DNA from: an uncultured Halomonas sp.
GTDB taxonomy: Bacteria; Pseudomonadota; Gammaproteobacteria; Pseudomonadales; Halomonadaceae
NCBI GenBank assembly: GCA_947500835.1
Contig: CANMTQ010000010.1
Span: 129,715-193,714 of the forward strand
Direction of reading: 5' to 3'
Length of the DNA stretch: 64,000 nucleotides
Below the pieces are notes generated by a model. It was not told where the DNA came from. It was given only the letters and a program-made list of their open reading frames with translations, and searched no databases. Positions 1 to 10,044 of this stretch are shown piece after piece (the first letter of the stretch is position 1; each line of letters starts with the position of its first letter). The translations under genes were made by a program, and so were the position numbers.

Positions 1-73
1 GACGGGTTGAAGAAAGATCCAGCACACCATAACCCGTAATGCGCGAGCCAGGATCGATGCCGAGCACGATCAT
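1..73 (-). CDS. ruvC: Holliday junction resolvase RuvC, N-terminal fragment (runs off the window)
   Basis: Manual translation from ATG at 73 gives MIVLGIDPGSRITGYGVLD, the RuvC LGIDPG motif; lies directly downstream of yebC. Not in the ORF track. Confidence 0.9.
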   Translation of the reverse strand, partial: MIVLGIDPGSRITGYGVLDLSSTR

Positions 74-97
74 AAAAGAGCTCTCAATGCGGAATGG

Positions 98-847
98 TCA
101 TTCGAGTTTTTCAAGAATATCGTCATCGAAATCCGCGTTGGTATAGACATTTTGCACATCGTCCAGATCTTCAAGCATATCGATCAACTTGACGACTTTT
201 TTCGCGACGTCTATGTCGGCAATGGAGGAATAGGTTTCCGGATACTTGCCGACCTCTGCATTCTCCGGTTCAAGACCGGCTGCGATCAGCGCATCCCTGA
301 CCGCAGTGAAATCCTGTGGCGCGGCAATCACCTCGATGATGCCGTCTTCATGGGTAACAACGTCCTCGGCCCCTGCCTCCAGGGACACCTCCATGATGGT
401 TTCTTCATCGCACTCCGGGGGAAAGCTCATGCGGCCCTGGGTATTGAACAGGAACGCCACGGAACCGGAAGTGCCCAGATTGCCATCCTGCTTGTTGAAG
501 GCGTGGCGCACGTCCGAGGCGGTTCGGTTGCGATTATCCGTCAGACACTCGACCAGTATGGCGACGCCTGCAGGGCCGTAGCCTTCGTAGCTGAGCTCTT
601 CCATATTATCCGCATCGTTGTTGCCGACGCCCCGATCGATGGCACGCGCGATGGTGTCCTTGGTCATGTTGCTGGCAAGCGCCTTGTCCATGGCCGTGCG
701 CAGCCGCGGGTTGTCATCCGGCTCACCACCGCCCTGCTGGGCGGCCACGGTCAACTCACGGATCAACTTGGTGAAGATCTTGCCTTTCTTGGCGTCCTGA
801 GCGGCCTTGCGATGCTTGATGTTGGCCCATTTGCTGTGACCCGCCAT
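98..847 (-). CDS. yebC: YebC/PmpR family regulator
   Basis: [14 protein letters not shown] start, YEGYGP motif, DDVQNVY end. Start trimmed to ATG 847. Confidence 0.95.
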   Translation of the reverse strand: MAGHSKWANIKHRKAAQDAKKGKIFTKLIRELTVAAQQGGGEPDDNPRLRTAMDKALASNMTKDTIARAIDRGVGNNDADNMEELSYEGYGPAGVAILVECLTDNRNRTASDVRHAFNKQDGNLGTSGSVAFLFNTQGRMSFPPECDEETIMEVSLEAGAEDVVTHEDGIIEVIAAPQDFTAVRDALIAAGLEPENAEVGKYPETYSSIADIDVAKKVVKLIDMLEDLDDVQNVYTNADFDDDILEKLE

Positions 848-880
848 TCGCGATCTCCTTGAAAATTGCACAGTGCTAAG

Positions 881-919
881 AAGAAAAACCGGCGTCACCC
901 ATTAAATGGTGCGCCGGTT
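881..919 (-). terminator. Intrinsic terminator-like hairpin after aspS
   Basis: AACCGGCG(T)CACC...GGTGCGCCGGTT stem followed by a T-rich tract on the minus strand. Confidence 0.55.
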
Positions 920-966
920 GTCGATGCAAATTGGCTATTTGAAACAGCCTGGCATCACATCAAACC

Positions 967-2751
967 TTACGACTCATTGTCAGACGCAGGTTTTTGCTTC
1001 TGACGCAGGCGGATATGCAGGTCCTTGAGCTGCTCCGGGGTCACTTCTCCCGGCGCATCGGTCATCAAGCAAGCAGCGCTCTGAGTCTTGGGGAAGGCGA
1101 TGACTTCGCGGATGGTACGCGCGCCGGTCATCAGCATTACCAGGCGATCGAGGCCAAACGCAAGCCCACCGTGAGGCGGTGCGCCATACTGCAACGCGTC
1201 CAGCAGGAAGCCGAATTTTTCCTCGGCTTCCTCTTCACCGATGCCGAGAACTTCGAACACCTTGCGCTGCATGGCCTGATCGTGAATACGGATCGAACCG
1301 CCACCGAGTTCCGTGCCGTTGAGTACCATGTCATAGGCCCGGGAAAGCGCCTTGGCGGGGTTAGCCTTGAGCTCGTCGCCGGAACAGGACGGGGCGGTGA
1401 ACGGATGGTGCAGCGCCGATAGACGGCCACTGTCGTCCGACTCGAACATGGGGAAATCCACCACCCATAGCGGCGCCCATTCCTGGGTGTAGAGATTCAG
1501 ATTCTCTCCCAGCTTGACCCGCAGCGCACCGATCGCCTCGTTGACGACGTTGATCTTGTCCGCACCGAAGAAGATGATGTCGCCATCCTGGGCGCCGACA
1601 CGATCGAGCAGGGATTCGACGATGCCCTCCATGAACTTGACAATGGGTGACTGCAGCCCTTCGAGCCCCTTGGCGCGCTCGTTGACCTTGATCCAGGCCA
1701 GCCCCTTGGCGCCATAGATACCGACGAACTTGGTGTATTCGTCGATCTCCTTGCGCGAAAGCGTGGCGCCGCCGGTGACCTTGAGCGCCGCCACCCGGCC
1801 ATCGTCGGCGTTGGCCGGCCCGGAGAAGACCTTGAAATCGACCCCTTTCATCAGGTCGTCCACATCGATCAGTTCCAACGGGATGCGCAGGTCCGGCTTG
1901 TCGGAACCGTAACGCCGCATGGCTTCCGCATAGGGCATACGCGGAAAATCCGGTAGTTCCACCTCGAGCACGTCAGAAAACAGCTGACGAATCATGCGCT
2001 CGGTGATCTGCATGATGTCGTTTTCGTCGACGAAAGATGCCTCGAGATCGATCTGGGTAAATTCCGGCTGGCGATCGGCGCGAAGATCCTCGTCCCGGAA
2101 GCACTTGGCGATCTGGTAGTAACGATCGAACCCGGACACCATCAGCAGCTGCTTGAACAGCTGAGGCGACTGGGGCAGCGCGAAAAAGTGCCCTTCGTGA
2201 GTACGACTGGGCACAAGATAGTCCCGCGCCCCTTCCGGTGTGGCCCGGGTCAGGATCGGTGTCTCGATATCCAGAAAGCCCTGGCTTTCAAGATAAGCCC
2301 GCACGTTGTGAGAGATCCGCGAGCGCAGGCGCAGCTTCTCGATCATGTCCGGGCGACGCAGATCGATGTAGCGGTGCTTCAGGCGCACCTCTTCACCCAC
2401 CTTGCCATGCTCATCGAGCTGGAACGGCGGCGTGGCGGCGGTATTGAGCACCTCGACCTGCTTGGCCAGCACTTCGATCATGCCGGTGGGCATGTTGGGA
2501 TTCTGCGTCCCCTCCGGGCGCGAGCGAACGCGCCCACGGATACGCAGGACGAACTCGTTGCGCGCGCGATCGGCATTAGCGAACGCATCCGGGGTGTCGG
2601 GATCGACCACGACCTGGGCGATACCATCGCGATCGCGCAGGTCGAGAAAGATCACGCCCCCATGGTCACGGCGGCGATGGACCCAACCGCAAAGTGTGAC
2701 CTCCTGATCGATCAGGGACTCGTTCAACTGGCCGCAATAGTGGCTGCGCAT
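967..2751 (-). CDS. aspS: Aspartate--tRNA ligase
   Basis: MRSHYCG start, [43 protein letters not shown] motifs. Confidence 0.98.
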   Translation of the reverse strand: MRSHYCGQLNESLIDQEVTLCGWVHRRRDHGGVIFLDLRDRDGIAQVVVDPDTPDAFANADRARNEFVLRIRGRVRSRPEGTQNPNMPTGMIEVLAKQVEVLNTAATPPFQLDEHGKVGEEVRLKHRYIDLRRPDMIEKLRLRSRISHNVRAYLESQGFLDIETPILTRATPEGARDYLVPSRTHEGHFFALPQSPQLFKQLLMVSGFDRYYQIAKCFRDEDLRADRQPEFTQIDLEASFVDENDIMQITERMIRQLFSDVLEVELPDFPRMPYAEAMRRYGSDKPDLRIPLELIDVDDLMKGVDFKVFSGPANADDGRVAALKVTGGATLSRKEIDEYTKFVGIYGAKGLAWIKVNERAKGLEGLQSPIVKFMEGIVESLLDRVGAQDGDIIFFGADKINVVNEAIGALRVKLGENLNLYTQEWAPLWVVDFPMFESDDSGRLSALHHPFTAPSCSGDELKANPAKALSRAYDMVLNGTELGGGSIRIHDQAMQRKVFEVLGIGEEEAEEKFGFLLDALQYGAPPHGGLAFGLDRLVMLMTGARTIREVIAFPKTQSAACLMTDAPGEVTPEQLKDLHIRLRQKQKPASDNES

Positions 2752-2825
2752 GGAAAATCCTGTTCTGTTGCTTTAACGGGTGAAACGTCACCGCGCTCAG
2801 GCGGTAGCGCTAGATCGCCATTGGT

Positions 2826-3137
2826 TCAGGCGGGGTTCTTGCTATCCTGGGGCTTGGCTTTTTGAGACTTGCTATCCTGAGCGTTGCCATCGGCTTTCTT
2901 GGACTCGGGCGATTTCGTCGTATCGTTCTTGTCACCGGCCAGGTTTTTCTTGCCGCCGGATTTGAAATCGGTTTCGTACCAGCCACCGCCGGCAAGGCGA
3001 AAACCGGCAGCAGAGATCAAACGAGATAACGCCTGCTGTTCGCAATGAGGACACTGCGTCAACGGCGCTGCATTGATTTTCTGTAACTTTTCCAAACGCT
3101 GGCCACAGGCTTTGCACTGATATTCATAAATGGGCAT
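2826..3137 (-). CDS. FmdB family zinc-ribbon protein
   Basis: MPIYEYQCKAC...CPHC...GFRLAGGGWYETDF; usual position upstream of aspS. Confidence 0.9.
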   Translation of the reverse strand: MPIYEYQCKACGQRLEKLQKINAAPLTQCPHCEQQALSRLISAAGFRLAGGGWYETDFKSGGKKNLAGDKNDTTKSPESKKADGNAQDSKSQKAKPQDSKNPA

Positions 3138-3240
3138 GGTTCTTAACTCTCAGAGACAAAACGACCGCAACAACCACCGGCGGTATAGGAGAATATGCGG
3201 TCTGGCAGCATGCTTTCCAAGACGCCTTCGAAAGCCGCGT

Positions 3241-3246
3241 ATTATA
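3241..3246 (-). promoter_or_regulatory. Putative sigma70 -10 element for the fmdB-aspS operon
   Basis: Perfect TATAAT on the minus strand about 100 bp upstream of fmdB; no well-spaced -35 seen. Confidence 0.35.
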
Positions 3247-3301
3247 GCGTGCAGCGGCCCCCGACGGGCAAGACCCCCGGCCATATGTAAGGAGCAAAAC
3301 G

Positions 3302-4237
3302 ATGAAGGCAGTCATTCTGGATGCCGCCACCTTGGGTGATGGCATTGATCTGACTCCCCTGCGCGATGAGGTGGAGACTCTTGAGGTTCATGACCTCACG
3401 ACACCTGAGCAATGCCTGGAGCGGCTACAGGATGCGGACGTGGTCATCGTCAACAAAGTGATGCTGGCTGGCGATCTGCTGTCATCCCTGCCCCGGTTGA
3501 AGCTGATATGCCTGTTGGCCACCGGCACCAACAACATCGACATGCAGACCGCAAAGCGCCAGGGCATCGAGGTCAAGAACGTCACGGCCTACGGTACCGC
3601 CAGCGTCGCGCAACATACCTTGATGCTGATGCTGTGTCTTGCCAATCGACTGCCCTTGTATCAGCGCGATGTGATCGAGGGTCGCTGGAACCGGAGTCCT
3701 TTTTTCTGCTTGCTCGATCACCGCACCTTGGAGCTGGCTGGCAAGCGCCTGGCCATCGTGGGCAGCGGCGAATTGGGCCAGGCGGTATCCCGGTTGGCTC
3801 AGGCGTTCGGCATGGAGGTAATCTTCACCGCTCGCCCCGGCAACGAAACCCAAGATGAACGACCCGCACTGGCCGATATTGCGCCCAGCATCGATGTGCT
3901 CAGTCTTCATTGTCCGCTTACCGAGGATACCCGGCACCTTGTCGATGAGGCTTTACTGACCCGAATGAAGCCGAGTGCCTTGCTGATCAATTGCGCCCGA
4001 GGTGGCGTCATTGATGAAGCGGCAGCGCTTCAGGCCTTGAGAGATAGTCACATCGGTGGACTGGGCGTGGACGTACTGCCCGAGGAGCCTCCCCGAGACG
4101 GGCATCCATTGATCGATGCCTTGAACGGTGGCGATCTCAATCTCATCGTGACGCCACACAATGCCTGGATAACCCCGGAAGCCCGTGCCAATGTCATACG
4201 CTTGACCGCAGACAATCTTCGTTCATTCAAGATATGA
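3302..4237 (+). CDS. D-2-hydroxyacid dehydrogenase (glycerate dehydrogenase/HprA-like)
   Basis: LLATGTNNID, IVGSGELG, SLHCPLT, INCARGG, DVLPEEP, TPHNAW motifs. Confidence 0.9.
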   Translation: MKAVILDAATLGDGIDLTPLRDEVETLEVHDLTTPEQCLERLQDADVVIVNKVMLAGDLLSSLPRLKLICLLATGTNNIDMQTAKRQGIEVKNVTAYGTASVAQHTLMLMLCLANRLPLYQRDVIEGRWNRSPFFCLLDHRTLELAGKRLAIVGSGELGQAVSRLAQAFGMEVIFTARPGNETQDERPALADIAPSIDVLSLHCPLTEDTRHLVDEALLTRMKPSALLINCARGGVIDEAAALQALRDSHIGGLGVDVLPEEPPRDGHPLIDALNGGDLNLIVTPHNAWITPEARANVIRLTADNLRSFKI

Positions 4238-4285
4238 CGCTAACTCACGAACCTCTTACTTATCTGATTGCCTGACGAGAAGCTT

Positions 4286-5206
4286 ATGCTTTACAACTAT
4301 GGCTCCATCAACATCGATCATGTCTATCGGGTGCCCCATCTGGTGCGCCCCGGCGAGACCCTGTCCAGCCGCAGCTACCGGCAAGTGCTTGGCGGCAAGG
4401 GAGCCAATCAGTCGCTTGCGATCGCCCGAGCCGGCGGTCATGTGATGCATTGGGGGCTGCTCGGCCAAGGCGATCATTGGGTGCTCGAGACACTCTCCAG
4501 CGCCGGGGTCGATACCAGCCGGGTTGAATTGACCCTGGAGCCCAGCGGCCATGCGCTGATCCAGGTGGACGATCAGGGTGAGAACGCTATCATCCTTCAC
4601 CCTGGCGCCAATCACGCCTTCACCGATGCGCAGCAGGATGCCTTGCTGGCAATCCCTACCGCCTGCGATTGGCTGCTCCTGCAAAACGAATGCAACGCAC
4701 TCGATAGGCTCATTACCCTGGCGGCAGAACGCGACTTGCTGGTAGCCTTCAATCCCGCGCCCATGGCAGCGAACGTGCTCCAATTACCCCTTGATCGTTG
4801 TCAGCTGCTGTTTCTCAATCGCGGCGAAGCCGCCGATCTGATCGGCGAGCAGGCTCAGGCATCGAGTGAGTGTTTGCTCGATGGCCTCAGGCGACGCTTG
4901 CCCGAGGTGGAGATAGTTCTGACACTGGGTCGCGAGGGCGTGTGCTATCAACATGGCGATACTCGTTTGCAACTCGAGGCGCATCGGGTAGAGGCACGCG
5001 ACACCACCGCTGCCGGAGACACCTTCATCGGTTATTTCATGGCGGCACGTCAGCGCAATGCCGAGGTGGAAGACGCATTGCGCTTGGCAAGCACCGCAGC
5101 AGCATTGTGCGTGCAAAGAGAAGGCGCCGCGCCCAGTATTCCGGTCGTCAGCGAAGTCGAGGATGCGACTCGCGATTGGCCGACGCTCAAGCAACACACG
5201 ATTTGA
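4286..5206 (+). CDS. rbsK: Ribokinase (PfkB family)
   Basis: GSINID, GGKGANQ, DTTAAGDTF PfkB signatures; start trimmed to ATG 4286. Confidence 0.85.
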   Translation: MLYNYGSINIDHVYRVPHLVRPGETLSSRSYRQVLGGKGANQSLAIARAGGHVMHWGLLGQGDHWVLETLSSAGVDTSRVELTLEPSGHALIQVDDQGENAIILHPGANHAFTDAQQDALLAIPTACDWLLLQNECNALDRLITLAAERDLLVAFNPAPMAANVLQLPLDRCQLLFLNRGEAADLIGEQAQASSECLLDGLRRRLPEVEIVLTLGREGVCYQHGDTRLQLEAHRVEARDTTAAGDTFIGYFMAARQRNAEVEDALRLASTAAALCVQREGAAPSIPVVSEVEDATRDWPTLKQHTI

Positions 5207-5267
5207 ACACGCATCCTGAACAACGATTAGCCATTCATACACGACGTAACAGCACAAGGAAGACTTC

Positions 5268-6209
5268 ATGACCACACCCATCATTTTCGACACCGATCCT
5301 GGCGTCGATGATGCCCAAGCGATTGCCATCGCCCTGGCCCATCCGGATATCGAGCTGCTGGGATTGACTACGACCTACGGCAATGTGGATATCGACACGG
5401 CGACTGCCAATGCCCTGCTGCTGTCGGAGCTTGCCGGGCAGCAAATTCCTGTTGCTCAGGGCGCCGCTGCGCCACTGGTCAAGACCAAGCATCCCGCGCC
5501 GGCGCATATTCATGGCGCCAACGGATTGGGTGACATCGAGCTTCCCGCGGTTCAGGGCAAGGCCATGTCGTCGAGCGCTGCGGAGTTCATCGTCGAACAG
5601 GTCAATGCTCGCCCGGGCGAAATCACTCTAGTGGCGGTAGGCCCGCTGGGCAATCTGGCAGCGGCACTGCAACTCGATCCGGCGATAACCGGCAAGGTGA
5701 AGCAGGTCGTGGTCATGGGCGGATCGATCAAGGAAGGCGGCAATGTCACGCCGGTGGCCGAAGCCAACATGTTCAACGATCCGCATGCTGCGTCTCGCGT
5801 GCTGACGGCGGGCTGGCCGCTGACCCTGGTAGGCCTGGACGCAACCCAGCGCTGCGTGCTGAGTCCGGCGGATATGGAAAAGATTGCCGCCGGCCAGGGA
5901 CGCCTGGGTGAAGTGCTGCAAGGCAGCTACGGCTTCTACAGCGATTTCTATCGCGAATTCCTGGGTATCGATGGCTGCTGCCCTCACGACAGCTGTGCCC
6001 TCGCCTGGCTGATGCGTCCGGAGCTGTTCACTACCGCTCGCGGGCATCTCACCGTCGAGACCGATGGCTTTGCCGAAGGCCAGACCATCTTTGCGCCGGA
6101 AGGCCGCCCCTTCCTGGGTGAGCGCTGGTCACAAACTCCGGTGGTCGAGGTTTGTCTTACTGCTCAAGGCGACAAGGTAGTCGAGTGGATCGTCGAGACA
6201 TTGAGCTGA
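5268..6209 (+). CDS. Nucleoside hydrolase (IU-NH family)
   Basis: DTDPGVDDA, GNV, HGANGLG, AEANMFNDP, CPHD motifs; adjacent to ribokinase. Confidence 0.93.
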   Translation: MTTPIIFDTDPGVDDAQAIAIALAHPDIELLGLTTTYGNVDIDTATANALLLSELAGQQIPVAQGAAAPLVKTKHPAPAHIHGANGLGDIELPAVQGKAMSSSAAEFIVEQVNARPGEITLVAVGPLGNLAAALQLDPAITGKVKQVVVMGGSIKEGGNVTPVAEANMFNDPHAASRVLTAGWPLTLVGLDATQRCVLSPADMEKIAAGQGRLGEVLQGSYGFYSDFYREFLGIDGCCPHDSCALAWLMRPELFTTARGHLTVETDGFAEGQTIFAPEGRPFLGERWSQTPVVEVCLTAQGDKVVEWIVETLS

Positions 6210-6228
6210 TTGACTTTTCGGAGAATTT

Positions 6229-6501
6229 TTAACCAGTCGTGAAGTTCGAATACTCACCCCAGTCAATATCGTCGACTTGGACCTGGGTCACCTGCGCGGC
6301 GGGTGGCCCTTGCCATAGCCATTCAATCATCTGATCAACCTTCTTTCCTTCACCGCAAATCGTTACCTCGACATTGCCGTTGGCTAGATTGCTGGCATGC
6401 CCGGTAAGACTCAGTTCTTCTGCGCGTTTTTTCACGGCGTAGCGAAAGCCTACACCCTGAACCCGACCGCTGACGATGGCGTTGGCGCAATGCTTGTTCA
6501 T
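6229..6501 (-). CDS. Acylphosphatase
   Basis: VSGRVQGVGFR signature, NLANGNVE, GPPAAQV; start trimmed to ATG 6501. Confidence 0.92.
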   Translation of the reverse strand: MNKHCANAIVSGRVQGVGFRYAVKKRAEELSLTGHASNLANGNVEVTICGEGKKVDQMIEWLWQGPPAAQVTQVQVDDIDWGEYSNFTTG

Positions 6502-6645
6502 GCTGCTTCCTCCCTTTGCTGACACGAACGTCAGTTTTAGCATCATTGCGGACGCTATCCAAAACCGAGAAATCCTGCCTGGTTTGTCTTAGTCTGTTAG
6601 CAAGAAGCCTTGAGCTTTCAATCCTCTCAAGCGGAGTAAACAACA

Positions 6646-7695
6646 ATGACTCTCTTCGCCCATCCGGATTTCGATCATCATGAGCAGATTGTCTATGGCC
6701 ATGACCGGGCCAGCGGTCTGCAGGCGATCATTGCTCTCCACAATACCTATCGTGGCCCGGCGCTAGGCGGGCTGCGCATTCACCCCTACCCAACAGAGGA
6801 GCGGGCTCTTGCGGACGTGCTACGCCTTGCCCGTAGCATGACCTACAAATCCGCCCTGGCCGATCTACCCCTGGGCGGCGGCAAGGCAGTCATCATTGCC
6901 GATCCCAGACGGCACAAGTCTCCCCCGCTGCTCGAAGCGATGGGCCGATTGATCGAAACCCTGGGCGGGCGTTACATCACCGCGGAAGATTCCGGAAGTA
7001 ACGAGCAGGATATGAAAACAATCGCCGGTGTCACCAAGCACGTCTCGGGGCTACGACGCCAAAACGATAACTCGGGTGATCCATCACCGTTTACCGCCTG
7101 GGGTGTTTTCAATGCGTTGCGCTGTGCGGTGCGCCATGGCCTGGAGCGTGATGATCTAAGGGGACTACGTGTCGCGATCCAGGGTGTCGGCAATGTAGGG
7201 GCTCATCTTGCCCGCCATCTAAATGCTGCGGGCGTAAAGCTCGTGCTTGCGGATGTGGATACACAAGCCGTAAAGCACCTGGCCAATGAGCTACATGCCG
7301 ACATAATGTCTCCGCTCGATATCTTTGATGCGGAGGTCGATATTTTTGCTCCCTGTGCCATGGGCGCCGTACTGGATAAGCGGGTTTGCGAGCGGTTGAA
7401 GGCGAGCATTGTAGTCGGTGCCGCGAATAACCAGCTGGCGACGCCGGAAATGGCGGATCGGCTGCACCAGCGGGGTATTCTTTATACGCCGGATTACGTC
7501 GCCAACGCTGGCGGGCTCATTGAAGTGGCCTGGCAGCGCCGGGAGGATTATCGTCACGACTCGGTCATGGCCCATATTGCGGGTATCGAGCGTACGCTTG
7601 ATGAAATATTCGATCGTGCTGGCCGTGAGCAGTGCAGCCCCGCGCCAATTGCCGATCGTCTAGCCGAGGAGCGATTTTCTCCAGGCATTGCCTGA
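6646..7695 (+). CDS. Leu/Phe/Val dehydrogenase
   Basis: GPALGG, MTYKSA, GGGKAVI, TAEDSG, QGVGNVG, GAANNQL, PDYVANAGG motifs. Confidence 0.92.
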   Translation: MTLFAHPDFDHHEQIVYGHDRASGLQAIIALHNTYRGPALGGLRIHPYPTEERALADVLRLARSMTYKSALADLPLGGGKAVIIADPRRHKSPPLLEAMGRLIETLGGRYITAEDSGSNEQDMKTIAGVTKHVSGLRRQNDNSGDPSPFTAWGVFNALRCAVRHGLERDDLRGLRVAIQGVGNVGAHLARHLNAAGVKLVLADVDTQAVKHLANELHADIMSPLDIFDAEVDIFAPCAMGAVLDKRVCERLKASIVVGAANNQLATPEMADRLHQRGILYTPDYVANAGGLIEVAWQRREDYRHDSVMAHIAGIERTLDEIFDRAGREQCSPAPIADRLAEERFSPGIA

Positions 7696-7701
7696 TCCTT
7701 T

Positions 7702-8643
7702 TTATTCTTTTGTTTGCGGCTTGCTCTTTTGGGCGTGATCCCGGGGCAGTACTTCCCGCTTGACCCGCACCGCCATGTTGCGGGGCCTGATGATCTTGCC
7801 CTTCTCTTCTAGATGGGCACGGGTCAGCGCCGCACCGAACAGCAAGATCAAGGAAGAGTAGTAGACCCAGAGCAGGATCAATACCACGGAGCCTGCGGCT
7901 CCGTAGGTCGAGGCAGTCGCCGTATAGGCCAGATAAGCGGCAATACCAAAACGACCGATAGAGAACAGTACCGCTGTAATGATCGCGCCCAGCATTACAT
8001 CGCGCCAACTTAACACGACATCAGGCAGTACCTTGAAAATGGACGCAAAAAACAGGATGACCGCCAGCAACGAAAGAAGCTGCTCGGCTCCTCCCAGCAG
8101 CCCTTTTACCCAAGGCAGCCAGCCGCTGGCAAATTGAAATACGGCCTGAACCGCTACCCCGGTAACCAATGAAACCAGCAATACGAAGCCGATGGCCAGC
8201 ACCACGGCAAGAGACAGTAGACGACTTTTGAGAAACAGAAGAAGGCCATTGCGATCCGGCCGCGGAATCACACCCCAGATGGTATTGAGTGAAAACTGCA
8301 TCTGGGCAAAGACTGTCGTGGCCCCTACCAGCAAGGCAACAAAGCCTAGCAGTGTCGGGATGATACCAGAGGTTTCGATACGCGATTGAGCGACGGCGTT
8401 CTCAACAGCTTTGGCCGCGCCTGGTCCCATCATCTCGGAGAATTCGGCAACAATCTGCCCTTGGGCTGCGTTTTCACCTAGTACAAACCCAATGACCGTG
8501 ACGGCGATGATGATGGTAGGCGCCAGGGAAAATAGGGTATAGAAAGCCAATGACCCTGCATAACTGAAGGCGTTATGGTCCAGCCAGAGCTGAACTGCGT
8601 TACGTATGATGCGAAACCAGCTGGCGATCTCTTTTTTTATCAC
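7702..8643 (-). CDS. YihY/BrkB family inner membrane protein
   Basis: LAFYTLFSLAP, YGAAGSVVLILLWVYYS, multiple TM segments. Confidence 0.9.
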   Translation of the reverse strand: MIKKEIASWFRIIRNAVQLWLDHNAFSYAGSLAFYTLFSLAPTIIIAVTVIGFVLGENAAQGQIVAEFSEMMGPGAAKAVENAVAQSRIETSGIIPTLLGFVALLVGATTVFAQMQFSLNTIWGVIPRPDRNGLLLFLKSRLLSLAVVLAIGFVLLVSLVTGVAVQAVFQFASGWLPWVKGLLGGAEQLLSLLAVILFFASIFKVLPDVVLSWRDVMLGAIITAVLFSIGRFGIAAYLAYTATASTYGAAGSVVLILLWVYYSSLILLFGAALTRAHLEEKGKIIRPRNMAVRVKREVLPRDHAQKSKPQTKE

Positions 8644-8692
8644 AACTACTTTTCCTTGGCCTTTTCCCTAAACGAACTCATGCTCCTGCTGT

Positions 8693-9922
8693 TCAGTATA
8701 TAGGTAGCCCCGCTCGTTGGCGCAAGGCTGTCCATAATACTATCCACCAGAATGCGTACATGATCACCCCGCTATCGAAGACGAGAAAGGTCTGAGTCAA
8801 GCCAAATCCCAGGTAGGCTACTGTTAGCCCTGTTCCCGCAATGGCAAAGGCGCGTAGCTGTGGATCCTTACTCCGTAAATATCGTCCAAACAGACACAGC
8901 GGTAGCAGATACAGCGCAAATAACGACACCAGACCCAGCAGACCATGCTTGAGCCAGGCATCTAGCACATCGTTATGGACATGATCGAAGTTCTCCAGAT
9001 AGGGATGAATTGTGCCTTCTTCGATCAGGGCATCCCGCGCCTGTAGATAACCCGACGTGCCCCATCCCGCTAACTGCCGCTCAGGAACCAGGATGCTTGC
9101 GCTGCGCCACATTTCCAAACGTGCGCCTATCGAGTTGGTTGGATCGCCCTCTTGCGCGAATTCCTGATAACTGCTGAATATGCGCTGCACACGCTCCTGT
9201 ACCCCGAGCTGGGGGGTGGCATAAACCACCATTGGAGCAATTAGAAAGAAGGCGGTAAAGCCCGCTAGCCATCGTCTTGAGAAATGTCGCCCGTATCCTA
9301 GATACAAAATGACGAGCATGAGGGGAAAGCTCAGCCATCCTCCTCGGCTGCCGGAAAGAAAAGAGCCCAGAACGCCGCAAAGTGCTCCCAGCAGTAATAA
9401 AGCACATCCTGCCTTTTTACCGGGGCCTGCATGCCCCCCCAGCACCCACCCCAGGCCAGCCAGACAGAAAAAACCCAGTAACAGACTCAAATTGCCAAAT
9501 TGGATGGCGTCGACTATCCCGAATCCATCGGCACGTGATCTACCGCTGATTAGTGTCTGCCAACTTGCCCAAGCGCCGGTGAGGATGCTTCCTATCGCCG
9601 CTCCTACCCAGATAAAGGCGGCCTTGGGTGAAAAAGCCAGCAATAGCAGCAAGCCGGGAATGGCGAGAAGCAAATAGCCTATCCCCGTCATTTCTGCAAA
9701 CGACAGTCCGCTTCGCCAAACGTCAGATAAACGTATTAGCCCATACAGCAGTAATACACCAACGATTGCCCACTCTCGAGAACCAAGTGATAAACGAGAG
9801 CGAAGTAATAGCAGCGTGATACTGCCTAGCACTAGCAAAGTGGGTGCGATGAAATAGCCGTAAGGTAAGATCAATGCAACGGCACCTAGCAAAAATACTG
9901 CCAAACTCGTATAGCGACTCAT
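8693..9922 (-). CDS. O-antigen ligase (Wzy_C/WaaL-like) family protein
   Basis: Polytopic membrane protein with LSGSRGGW, SIGARLEMW and HVHND...GLLG motifs. Confidence 0.85.
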   Translation of the reverse strand: MSRYTSLAVFLLGAVALILPYGYFIAPTLLVLGSITLLLLRSRLSLGSREWAIVGVLLLYGLIRLSDVWRSGLSFAEMTGIGYLLLAIPGLLLLLAFSPKAAFIWVGAAIGSILTGAWASWQTLISGRSRADGFGIVDAIQFGNLSLLLGFFCLAGLGWVLGGHAGPGKKAGCALLLLGALCGVLGSFLSGSRGGWLSFPLMLVILYLGYGRHFSRRWLAGFTAFFLIAPMVVYATPQLGVQERVQRIFSSYQEFAQEGDPTNSIGARLEMWRSASILVPERQLAGWGTSGYLQARDALIEEGTIHPYLENFDHVHNDVLDAWLKHGLLGLVSLFALYLLPLCLFGRYLRSKDPQLRAFAIAGTGLTVAYLGFGLTQTFLVFDSGVIMYAFWWIVLWTALRQRAGLPIY

Positions 9923-10044
9923 GTATTTCCTCTTGCTCACTGCCTTGTGACAGACTTCACACCCCACCATAATGACTCGCCAGACTGACCGCCAAGAACG
10001 ACCCGCTAGATTAACAGCAATGGCGCTTGCGCCGGACCCAACTA

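Noticed and set aside
152-862. Long plus-strand ORF (236 aa), representative of many antisense ORFs such as 13632-14510, 16672-17502, 21302-22042, 30415-31134, 45429-46253, 57934-58689 and 59074-59838
   Set aside because: They lie antisense to well-supported genes and show no recognisable motifs; typical shadow ORFs of GC-rich DNA.
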